Assembly (NCBI RefSeq): GCF_001949145.1
Contig: NW_019091355.1
Coordinates: 1,697,107-1,761,106, forward strand
Direction of reading: 5' to 3'
Origin: Acanthaster planci
Taxonomy: Eukaryota
Length of the DNA: 64,000 bases
A model generated the notes under the pieces. The model was not told the origin of the DNA. It did not search any database and was given only the letters and a program-made list of their open reading frames with translations. Each line of letters begins with the position of its first letter. The stretch's first letter is position 1. This document shows positions 53,790 to 64,000 of the stretch, piece after piece. The position numbers and the translations under genes were made by a program.

Positions 53790-53949
53790 GACATTTTTCA
53801 ATTCATTAAATGCAGTGACTTGAACCTATTCCTTCAGGATGTTAATACTATGAAATATAGAAAGAACTGTGACGCTAGATTGACAATTACGCTCCCAAGA
53901 TGGACTGCCCTCTTAACAGAAATGAAAGACTTAATAAGAAAAAAAAGAA

Positions 53950-54021
53950 GGGCTTGTCCGGGAATTGAACCCGGGACCTCTCGCACCCTAAGCGAGAATC
54001 ATACCACTAGACCAACAAGCC
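53950..54021 (-). tRNA. tRNA-Pro(AGG)
   Basis: Canonical 72-nt tRNA-Pro, anticodon AGG, with a T-run terminator immediately downstream on the - strand. Confidence 0.95.
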
Positions 54022-54099
54022 GAGGTGCATAAATAAACCCCTGAACCCAACATTTATTTTGAAAATAACTCAATACGTCCGAAAAATGACAAAATTTGG

Positions 54100-54171
54100 G
54101 GGCTCGTCCGGGAATCGAACCCGGGACCTCTCGCACCCAAAGCGAGAATCATGCCACTAGACCAACAAGCC
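54100..54171 (-). tRNA. tRNA-Pro(TGG)
   Basis: Canonical 72-nt tRNA-Pro, anticodon TGG; one G.U pair in the acceptor stem. Confidence 0.93.
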
Positions 54172-54175
54172 GACA

Positions 54176-54653
54176 NNNNNNNNNNNNNNNNNNNNNNNNN
54201 NNNNNNNNNNNNNNNNNNNNNNNNNNNNNNNNNNNNNNNNNNNNNNNNNNNNNNNNNNNNNNNNNNNNNNNNNNNNNNNNNNNNNNNNNNNNNNNNNNNN
54301 NNNNNNNNNNNNNNNNNNNNNNNNNNNNNNNNNNNNNNNNNNNNNNNNNNNNNNNNNNNNNNNNNNNNNNNNNNNNNNNNNNNNNNNNNNNNNNNNNNNN
54401 NNNNNNNNNNNNNNNNNNNNNNNNNNNNNNNNNNNNNNNNNNNNNNNNNNNNNNNNNNNNNNNNNNNNNNNNNNNNNNNNNNNNNNNNNNNNNNNNNNNN
54501 NNNNNNNNNNNNNNNNNNNNNNNNNNNNNNNNNNNNNNNNNNNNNNNNNNNNNNNNNNNNNNNNNNNNNNNNNNNNNNNNNNNNNNNNNNNNNNNNNNNN
54601 NNNNNNNNNNNNNNNNNNNNNNNNNNNNNNNNNNNNNNNNNNNNNNNNNNNNN
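54176..54653. other. Assembly gap (478 N) inside the tRNA array
   Basis: Run of N. Confidence 1.
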
Positions 54654-54976
54654 AAAATATATCCAGTGTATTGAACCCAGTCCTTGAGCATATTTAAAGA
54701 AACAACTGTTACGCTAGATCGACGATTGCGTCGACTCAAAAAGCACTGCCGCGTTGCTCATCACTGAACGGTAAACTGTGACCAAATGCAATAAGGAGAA
54801 GCATCAAACCTTCGTTCAAATATTTGAACTCAACTTTAAGAAACCAAACTGCGACTTGTTACTCGATAACATACCAAATTTCAAAGAAATGAATTCAAAG
54901 TCTATCCAGCAAGAGAAGGGGAACATTAGCAATAAAATGAAACAGGGACAAAAAAGAAAAAAAATAAAGAAAGCGC

Positions 54977-55048
54977 GGGCTTGTCCGGGAATTGAACCCG
55001 GGACCTCTCGCACCCTAAGCGAGAATCATACCACTAGACCAACAAGCC
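54977..55048 (-). tRNA. tRNA-Pro(AGG)
   Basis: Identical to the copy at 53950. Confidence 0.95.
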
Positions 55049-55128
55049 GAGGTGCAAGAAATAAACCCCTGAACCCAACATTTATTTTGAAAAATAACTC
55101 AATACGTCCGAAAAATGACAAAATTTGG

Positions 55129-55200
55129 GGGCTTGTCCGGGAATCGAACCCGGGACCTCTCGCACCCAAAGCGAGAATCATGCCACTAGACCAACAAGCC
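55129..55200 (-). tRNA. tRNA-Pro(TGG)
   Basis: Canonical 72-nt tRNA-Pro, anticodon TGG. Confidence 0.95.
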
Positions 55201-55535
55201 GACATTTTCGACAAAATAAATGCAGTGTCTTGAACCCGGTCCCTGAGCATATGAACAGAAACAACTGTTNACGCTAGATCGACGATTACGTCGACTCAAA
55301 CAGCACTGCCGCGTTGCTTATCACTGAACGGTAAACTGTGACCAAATGCAATAAGGAGAAGCATCAAACCTTCGTTCAAATATTTGAACTCAACTTTAAG
55401 AAACCAAACTGCGACTTGTTACTCGATAACATACCACATTTCTAAGAAATGAATTCAAAGTCTGACCAGCAAGAGAAGGGGAACATTAGAATAAAATGGA
55501 ACAGAGACAAAAAAAAAGAAAAGAAACGAAAGCGT

Positions 55536-55607
55536 GGGCTTGTCCGGGAATTGAACCCGGGACCTCTCGCACCCTAAGCGAGAATCATACCACTAGACCA
55601 ACAAGCC
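55536..55607 (-). tRNA. tRNA-Pro(AGG)
   Basis: Identical to the copies at 53950 and 54977. Confidence 0.95.
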
Positions 55608-55674
55608 GACGCGCAAGAAACACCCCTGAACCTAAAATTTGTTTTAAAAAATAATTTAAAAAGTAATACTTTAG

Positions 55675-55749
55675 GGGCTCGTCCGGGAATCGAACCCGGG
55701 ACCCCGGTCGCACCCACAACGATAAATCATACCACTTGACCAACAAGCC
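55675..55749 (-). pseudogene. tRNA-Pro pseudogene
   Basis: Acceptor and T arms intact, but 75 nt long with a disrupted anticodon stem and loop TGTGGGT (U33 lost). Confidence 0.75.
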
Positions 55750-55816
55750 GAGTCGCAAAATATACCCCTGAACCCAAAATTTATTTTTATAAAATAATTT
55801 TAAAAGTAATACTTTA

Positions 55817-55885
55817 GGGCCTTGTCCGGGAATCGAACACAGAACCCCCGCACCCACAGCGAGAGTCATACTAGACCAATAAGCC
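55817..55885 (-). pseudogene. tRNA-Pro pseudogene
   Basis: Indels in the D arm, variable region and acceptor; broken T-stem. Confidence 0.75.
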
Positions 55886-56222
55886 GAATTTTTCTATACA
55901 ATAAATGCAGTGGTTTGAACCCGGTCTTTTAGCATTTTACCATTACAGTTACGTCGACAAGCACTGCCGCGTTTTTAACCACATTGACCAAACTTTAAGA
56001 AATCAAACATGACTTATTACTCAGACGAACAGGGTCATTCATGATTTCAGGTCAGTCACTAATAACGTTAGCCAATGTTCAGTCTGTGAGAAAAATAAAT
56101 CACGAAATTTGGCCCAAGGAAAAAAATAGAAAGCAAACGCACAGACTCACGAACAAAAAATACCTTTTATGTCAGAATCACTTTTAATATAAGAGCAATA
56201 AAAACAAACTCCCAAGGGAGAG

Positions 56223-56294
56223 GGGCCTGTCCGGGAATTGAACCCGGGACCTCTCGCACCCAAAGCGAGAATCATGCCACTAGACCAACAGGCC
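56223..56294 (-). tRNA. tRNA-Pro(TGG), acceptor-stem variant
   Basis: 72 nt, anticodon TGG; acceptor stem GGCCTGT/ACAGGCC with a compensatory C4-G69 pair. Confidence 0.93.
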
Positions 56295-59200
56295 GCTGTT
56301 AACAAAGGTGTAGTTTTGTTTTTAATTCCTTTCGCTTTTAAGTTTCGTGCATGGAATGGAAAGTTCGTACGGCTTTCAAATAGGGCCTAGTGCATAAAAC
56401 TGATTGGAAGTTCCACTAAGTACTTAATGGTAGGCGAAATATATATGTATTCGAGATGCTCTGTAGCTGCACATTGTATACTCATTTTCGCACGCAAGTC
56501 TCATGAATTCCATAGGATTGAATATGGAGAAATTATTCATGCATGCAAGTGATATTTGGAAGCAGCATGCTCAGCATGGTGAGGTGGGGGAAGACGGTGC
56601 GATGACATAAAGGCCGAGTCCACATTACTTGGCTACGGTCTAAAATTACCCACAAGACTATGGTAGTGGCCGAAACAATTTCCCATAGTGTCGTGTTTAA
56701 TTTCAAGCAGGACACGTCCACAGGTTGTGTCATGAGTGAAAAACATTATCTCGTCTTCTAACATTAACAGTATAAAAGCTCGCACGAAGTTCAGTCTCAG
56801 AGGAAAGAGCATGACATCGCCTTACGTTGGGCCAGGGGAATTTTTAGTGAACATAGAATATCAACATAAACCACTCTCTTGCCTGCAGGATCTTGTTACA
56901 CGTTTTGAAAGTGCCTACTCAGAAATCATGCCGAGGGAAACACATCCATCTTGTGGACCTGGGGAATCAACAAGTACGTAGGCTAATCATACCTCGGCGG
57001 GCAAGTAATAAAACGCTTGGGGGACGAAAAAGTATTTGGTCTTATTTTTTCCTGTTAGTCAAGTTGATGTGTTTGCGTTTGAGCTGAGCTAATTTTCTGA
57101 GATGTTGCGTGCACAGCAGATGTTTTGATCAAGTTTTCCTCAGAGATGATTTGGTCGATGGTGGTCATAATCTGGTTGTTCACACGGTGATTCCATTCGC
57201 GTCAAGATGAGGATCGTACGTGTCACCTGATAACTTACCCGAAGACCTACTGCCATGCAACGGTGAGAGAGGTCCATATAAGGTCGGTGAACGACACCGT
57301 CGCGAGGTCATTTCTCTCGGTATTCCACCTCAGAAAACTAAAAGACGGTTTGTTTCCAACGAGTCCCGATACGTGTTTATGCAAGGCAACTTAACAATGT
57401 ATTATTATGCCGTGCTGTTTAGTACTGGGACCTTTGCCAAAGGTGTGTGTCATTAAAAGCCAACATCGTTTTTGTGTGATCTAGTCGTGAAATTAATGTG
57501 TTCCTCACATCCTGTATTACGGCGGTGTTGCTTGAAGTGAAGACCTTTGATTGCGACCAGTAAAACCTCACATTCAAAGCAGAAAACCGCGTTTAATTCC
57601 GCGTCCCGTTGCTGGCAAATTCAGAAACCATCATAAACAGAGACAGAAAAACCACGAAAAGTATTGTTAAGGCTCAAAACAAAGAACTTGAGTGTCCGCC
57701 TATATACTTCAGTGTTTGCTTTAAATCGAAAACAAAGGCGTAGAAATTGAAGTGAACAAGGTTGCTAAACAAGGAAGCATTTTCAGATGTAAACATAAGA
57801 AGGAAGACAAGAAGCGCCGTTCAAGCTTGCAAGCCGTGTCTCCCATCCCTGCTACATCGATTGTTGAATAGCGCCCTCTATCCACAAATTGAAGCGGCCT
57901 CTTTATTTCGGCGTTTCGTGCAAAAGAAACGAACAGCTCTGAACCATGATCAGCGGAAATGATCTTTCCCGGGCGAGACACGTCGGCCAATGAGAAATCA
58001 GTCCACAAATTAAACTCAGGCCCTGGTCTCTTCAAATTATAGCCAATTGAGATGACAGTGACCACACAGGGGAGAAAGGACAGACGCCTTCGGTATCTGT
58101 TCAGAAGATAACTCGCTCTGAGTAGAAGTGTTTCGCAGTATGGAGCTGATCCGGAAAATATGTCCACTTCATTCATGGTAGTGCCCCCAAAATACAAATA
58201 TACGTTTTAAGATATCGGATGATCACATCAGTGGTGGTCCTCGTGGGTTCTTATGGCCCTGTGTACTGATGACGCATCACAGTGCTTACCGCGATGCATC
58301 GGTGGAACAGAACTGGGGTCATGGGCGTATACACACCGCTTTCGTAACCATTATGAGTAGGATTATCTCTGTTTGAAACCGGCACTTATCTTGTGATACT
58401 ATCGTTTTGAACCTTCCAGGGAAACTATCCTCCACAATTGGATTCGGTACGATGCCTTTCACTTCCTTTTGATCAACTGTAACTTGGACTTGCGCTACTT
58501 CCTCCATTCGTGGCGTACGATGACCCCCCCCATCCCACAACGCACTGCGACAAACACACTGATATATGTAATAAGTAAATATGACTGTTTTGGTTTGGGA
58601 CTTACAGGGTTCCATTTTTTTCGCTGTCGTGAAAATGCACTGAGCAGTACATGTACATTCAATCACCATGAACGCAATTCCTCTCCCAAGATCATCATAA
58701 ATAAGGCCTAGTGGATTCTGACGCCTTATAACTCATGACCATGTATCAACGTGTTTTGCATTGCAGTGGATGAGATCATGTTCTGCAACCTCGTGCATAA
58801 TGTCACCCCTCAATTACACGATCACATCATCCACGCAAGGTGCATCTCCGTAGAACTCAGAAACTTTTAGGTTGAAAAGGGCAGCCTGCCTGTCGGTCTG
58901 GTGAGAATGGATCATACAGACTGAACTTCCCCGCTTTCACGCCTAAATCCGGGCACAGGCCTGCAGCCCACAACCTTGGAGGACATGTGAGACAATGAAT
59001 TTCTGCTGTCTCGTCTTTCAGTCGTAGAACAGGTTTAGTCCGACTCCAGGTCAACTCCGTTTGCATCTGCTGCGCCCGCTGTTGGCCACTGATTGCAGAA
59101 TGACAGGCGCATAAAATTCCTTTCCCTAGATTTCTGCGGAGAACAATAAATTTGACTCTCAAATGAGTTCTCCTTTTATCAAATTTCCGGCGATAACCGA

Positions 59201-59611
59201 GACCTGGGCAGAGACATGTATTTATCAATACACGTACTCGGGAAAAAGATACCAGGAATCGCGTGAAATGTTTCTACATAAGATGTTGTTTTGTTTTGTT
59301 TTCAGTCAAGTTTTATCATGCTCCTGCATGTTGTCTCCGTCGATGATTCTACAGTAAATCTTAGTTGCACATCGATTCTCCGGTGGCACATGGACAACAT
59401 GCTGTATCACAGAGAGACCTGGCCAAAAGACAACAAAAAATGTGATCAGACATGCACTTGTCCCGTAACTTGCATGCAATTACGGACCCCGTAGAAACCA
59501 GCTCAGAAGATCATTAAGTAACAAGCTCCTTCAGAAACCTTGCACGTCACCTCCTGTCGCATGTTTTCAAGTTCAGGGAATGGAGCCATTTTAGGAGAGA
59601 CTTGTGTTTCC

Positions 59612-59718
59612 AAGGTCGTGTCCGAAACGGGCCTTCCAGAGCTACGGCTAGGTCTACTGTACTTTCAATAGAGTGAAGACCTAGACCTAGCTCTAGACAA
59701 CAGATTCGGATGCAGCCC
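59612..59718. mobile_element. Short palindromic MITE family 2, copy a
   Basis: AAGGTCGTGTCCGAAAC ... GATTCGGATGCAGCC with inner IR CTAGGTCTA/TAGACCTAG; closely similar copy at 63441. Confidence 0.75.
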
Positions 59719-60797
59719 AAGTATCATTTGTTCCACCGGGTAAACGGTCAGCTTCTTCGACAACGTGTTGTGTTTGCTTTCGCTTGTCGTAGAGGGCGCT
59801 CAAAGGCAAACACATTTACACAATGATTGATGACAGGTTATTAGTATTTTGGATATCTAAAATATCAGAGAAATCCTCCATAAAACGGAGGGGGATCTGC
59901 AGAGGGAGTGTGGTGTTTATTTCCGTCGTGCTCAGTTTTCCGAGGGGCACCGTAAAACACATGCTCTCTCCTTGCCAGTGAGTCAGGCTGGTTGCAGCCC
60001 CTTCGAGTCCATGGTGTCACATCCGGTAGTGCACCGGGCATGTTCCCAAGCTGCAGAGCCTTCTCCGGCTGCTCCAAGTACAGCAGGCTTTCTCCGGAGT
60101 TTCACTTCCTATTTTGCCGTCTGGCCATCAAGGGTTGACTTTCAGGGACCACGACCAGGAGAGTGCAGTCTGATGCAGATGCAGATTTCAACGATTCGGC
60201 GTGTGGGTTGTTGTGATTCAGTCGACATTTGAACCAGGGAGGCGACTGGCCTGGACGCAGCCTTGAGAGGTGGTGGGGCGGTGCCTTTGCGACCAGGGGA
60301 CGAGGTTACAGGTCAGAGAATTCCAGCCAAGCTGAGGACGCATCGCACCCCTCTGCCTACCCCAAGGACCAACATACAAGCACTGATTGCCGCTCATCGG
60401 TATCTGTGTCTTTAAAGACGTTCCTTCGAACTGTGGAAAATGTAAATTGGGGGTCATCTTTACCTGAGACATGCATGTTGCATGAAGTACACAGAAATTC
60501 GTTCAACATCGCCATATCCTGTCGCAGAGTGAGCATAGGAGTTTTGAAACAGCAATGTTGAGGTCTGTGCACCACACACGATTTTATTGCAGCAGATTCA
60601 GTGGTCGTTGCAACACTGCGCACAAACAGTAGTCGTTCTCGGACTTTATGACTCTGCAGTACTTTACTACTCCCCGAAGCACGTAAACGACCATCATTTA
60701 GATTGACAATGTAGCCAGTATTGGATTAGATTGGGTGACGGAGAAATCTTGGACTTTATTATCAGAGAAATCTCTGACATCTAAGATCGTTTGACAG

Positions 60798-61142
60798 AAC
60801 CCGTTCAAGATGCCCATCTACGCCACCAAGCCCAGAATCGAGTGGCCAGCGGTGTATTCGACCACCGCCCATCCTCTTCAGTTCGTCAAACATGAGCTGG
60901 ACAACAATAAAACCAACACTTTCCCCAGGACTAGGAGGCGCATTTCCCCGTGCACTTCGAATGGGCTACCTTCCGTTCTGGCGGATCGTGAAGGGGTTGA
61001 AATCATCCAGTTACCTGGCGACGAGACGGGCCGTTCTGGGGTGGCGATTACCATCCCTCCTTGCAAAGATGCGACGACTGTCATTGTTCGACTACCCAAC
61101 AGTGCAGGCCCAGGAGAGAAAATTGAAGTGGATCTTTCACTT
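60798..61142 (+). CDS. Candidate coding exon (phase 0-0, 115 codons), possibly an alternative exon of the PDZ gene; product unknown
   Basis: Acceptor TTTGACAG at 60797 and an open frame NPFKMPIYATKPRIEW...GEKIEVDLSL. Donor CTT|GTAAGA at 61142, or read-through to a stop at 61151. Composition is coding-like but no domain was recognised. Confidence 0.5.
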
Positions 61143-63440
61143 GTAAGATGATAACACATATATTCTTGTCTGCTTAATTTTGTTTGATATTCCTCGTGCA
61201 CGTATTGGCATTACAGAATACAATTGATTTTCAACATGAAGTGTACTTTCAGATTGATCAAATTGGGAAGAGTTCTTCTTGATTATCGATACAATTTTAA
61301 TCTTACGTTTCCGCAGTTAGGCCTACAACTGCTTCATCTAAATGAGGTGACCTTTTTAAAACTACACGTACATGTACATCTAACAGGTTTAATTTTTTTT
61401 ACCGAGGAAGAGCGCATCACGATTACGTGTCCCTGTATGGCAATTGCGAAATCGTCAAGGCACACTGAAACAAAAACCCAAGGGCATTTCTGAGGGCAGA
61501 CCCTTAAAGTCCACCAGGGAATGTCTTCTTTTTTTCCTGCAGTTTGACCTCAAGCACGACTGGAACTGAAACCTACTCCCATTTCAGATCAAACAAGCTT
61601 TCTTCTCTGCCTTCCACCGATACAACTTTGGGCACATACGCTGACCAAATCCAAGTACATTTTTTTTAATATAAACTTGCAAAGAGCGTTCTAGTATTCA
61701 AATCCAGCATAATGCAATATCTCTTTTTTTATACATACACAACCGTGTCAGCGTGCGAAACGTGTCACCCACAACGAGGAAAGGAAACATGAAGTTGTTA
61801 CAAGGAAAATACAAGGCGATACTGAAATAGTTTTGTGCTCGGCTGCATGAGATGAGTCACTATTCACATGAAAAGTGAAAATAAACGAGGCTTATGCGTC
61901 GAGGTATTTCAACGCAATCAAAACGACCACCGTGGTGAGAATGTTTTTACTGTACAGGGGCTTCACAAAGCAATCTATTAGACTGTACTTGTAAGTAATC
62001 CTCACCAACAAATGGACGGAAAACTTTGACAGTACTGTAAAAAATAGTCACTTATTGGACTGTAGACCTTGAGTTTGTGTCAGCCACGTTATTATAGTAT
62101 CTTCCCAACTTGCATGCAATGAATGATGTGATGCAGACTTATGATCATGCTCACATTGAGTTGTGATTACTTTTCTTCAAACTAGAAGCAGCCAAGGAAC
62201 GTATAGTACAAATTCCATACGGTAATGCCTCTGACCTTGGGGAACCGTGAAAGCAATTGTGGCGCGTCCAGAAACGTTCAACCAGTGGCGGAAGTTAAAT
62301 TTCCACTGCCGTTCGGCCCTGTTCATTGTACACTCCTGCAGCTTGTCAAAAATTAAAAGGGTTTTCGACACACCCACTATGGGTCCAGTGTTCAATCTCT
62401 CACCGCGATTGCCAAGATAACTTGTCGTTTAGTGGGACCTTGTAAATCGTTCTGGCAGTGCAACTGAATTTCAAGAATTGACACTGGATTAGTCAATAAC
62501 ATAAGCTCAGTCCGGAAATGGTTGAGGTTGTCAGTTTGTAAGTTTTCATTTGAAATAAGATTTCTCTCTGTTTGTTATAAAAAATCTTTCTAAACTGGGA
62601 ATCTGACTACATCAAAGTTGCCATCAGTTGGTATTAACGTTGTTGCTCGCACAATTTTGGCCTTTTCATTGAAAATAGAAGAAATCTATTAAAACACAGT
62701 GACTACAACAGACGGTCCAGCGTGCCATCTGTTTTCCAATGCTCTTACGAGACGGTTCATTTTTTTCAGTGTTTCTGACGCATATGCTTGCCAAGGACGG
62801 TAATAAATTCCGAGCAAAGGTTAGATCTTACATCAGTACTTCCTGAGATATGGAAGACACTTTTGGGCCTTGCCCTTCTCTCCTCGACCACAGGAAAATA
62901 TTATTTACTTTAAAGAAGATTTCAATCAAAGGGTTGTTGGCGTGTCACCTCCAAGCCAAGCCCCACTGTTGAGTTATTATAACTAGGCCTAAATGGTGTG
63001 AAAGGCAAAAACGAAAAGTGTGATTTTAGCTGTTTTTGTAACAAAGCATTGAATGCAGTCCCCCAGGGCTAACGCTGCACGTAAGTATATGTCAAAGGTA
63101 AGCCAATGTAATTATATCAAAGTTTACACAAACAATCCCATCTGCGATGGTATTTCCCCCTCTCTGTCCTACCCAGCCCCATCTATAACTTTTTAAAACT
63201 CACACTGGACGATTTAGTTTACACGGCAACGCACGGTCTGTTCTTTCGCATGCGCACAGCTCTTGCGCACAAATCTGCACCTACTAATTATGGCAGTATT
63301 TACCCACAATATTTTGCGACATCAGCATTTAATTTCCTACGCAAAGTTTTTATCAAAGAGATTAACTGTTAATATTGCCAAAAGTCCAAATCACGACATC
63401 CATTTCAGACGTCTTTACCTTAGCCAAATGTGTCTTGACT

Positions 63441-63561
63441 AAGGTTGTGTCCGAAACGGGCTTCCAGAGCTACGACTAGGTCTATTGTCTACGCGTCTCC
63501 ACATATTTCCAATAGAGCGAGGACTTAGACCTAGCTCTCGACAACAGATTCGGATGCCGCC
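63441..63561. mobile_element. Short palindromic MITE family 2, copy b
   Basis: Direct homolog of 59612-59718 with a longer centre. Confidence 0.75.
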
Positions 63562-64000
63562 AAGGTGTCATCAACTTGTCTTTAAGGTTGCTGACCGACT
63601 ACATTATGAATAAACAGTTCATCACCGGCTACCTTCAGACACACTTTCTGGGGCCGTGCGTCTCGACTCGACTGACCACTATTTTGGAAGACAATATTAT
63701 ATCCCTTGGTGCCAGCTGTAATTGATCAAACCCTTCTCTCTTTCACCGAAGGGGCCACTTTAAAAGAAGGGAGCGTTTCCGCCTGCAAGGTGTACATGCT
63801 GCACCGCTGAAGCCTTTGGGAGTTAACTGACTGCCGTTAAGCTAACGAATTCATGAACATATACATTCTTCCAGAGATACGGTCTGGGATCTAAAAAGGA
63901 AAAGGAACATTTAAAACACAATTTAAGTCTCAGGAATACATTTGTCATCGTTGTCAATACAGCCATCTCCCCAGGTGTGTATTTTCTCTAAATTGAAACA

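Larger units (their letters stand above)
54654..55640. repeat. ~559-bp tandem unit carrying tRNA-Pro(AGG) and tRNA-Pro(TGG)
   Basis: 54654-55080 is nearly identical to 55213-55640, and 53950-54175 is nearly identical to 54977-55204. Confidence 0.9.

Noticed and set aside
54096..54739. Long ORFs of 178-196 aa in the track
   Set aside because: Artefacts of the N gap and tRNA sequence.
53244..56294. CRISPR-like repeat-spacer appearance
   Set aside because: The repeats are 72-nt tRNA-Pro genes, the spacers are themselves duplicated, there are no cas genes and the context is eukaryotic.
57721..58197. 158-aa minus-strand ORF and nearby exon-like + strand segments
   Set aside because: No domain similarity and no consistent exon chain could be built.
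58261..58334. GTGTA-CTGATGA ... GTA-TACAC hammerhead-like arrangement
   Set aside because: No GAAA core and stem III does not form.
59876..60415. Long + frame interrupted by a single TGA (selenoprotein or read-through idea)
   Set aside because: No selenoprotein motif or SECIS recognised; consistent with GC-rich UTR-like sequence.

Overview
Eukaryotic, intron-containing animal genomic DNA. Frequent TACATGTA, mosaic CpG depletion and the repeat types suggest an invertebrate deuterostome such as an echinoderm (inference). Most ORFs in the supplied track are spurious; the real genes are spliced. From left to right: (1) the 5' end of a DOK7-like gene on the - strand (exons 25143-25202 and 24965-25010), followed by an intron of more than 24.9 kb running off the left edge; (2) a three-exon discoidin (F5/8 type C) domain pseudogene (+, 27796-29534) with three frameshifts and one premature stop; (3) an intact four-exon Golgi carbohydrate sulfotransferase (Sulfotransfer_2/CHST8-14 class; -, 30745-33461, 369 aa); (4) two tandem, intact CYP2-clan cytochrome P450 genes, each with five coding exons (+, 37328-40938 and 43457-46586), transcribed divergently from the sulfotransferase, with an IR1+DR1 nuclear-receptor element at the first promoter; (5) the first coding exon of a PDZ-domain gene of the SYNPO2/Shroom/PDLIM type (+, 48463-48564). 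Its apparent first intron holds an antisense array of 11 tRNA-Pro copies (7 intact covering AGG, TGG and CGG; 4 decayed) spanning an assembly gap, plus a candidate alternative exon at 60798-61142. Several MITE families, a tRNA-derived SINE and small tandem or inverted repeats are also present. The most promising 'system' hypothesis, unproven, is a nuclear-receptor-controlled P450 plus sulfotransferase cluster.
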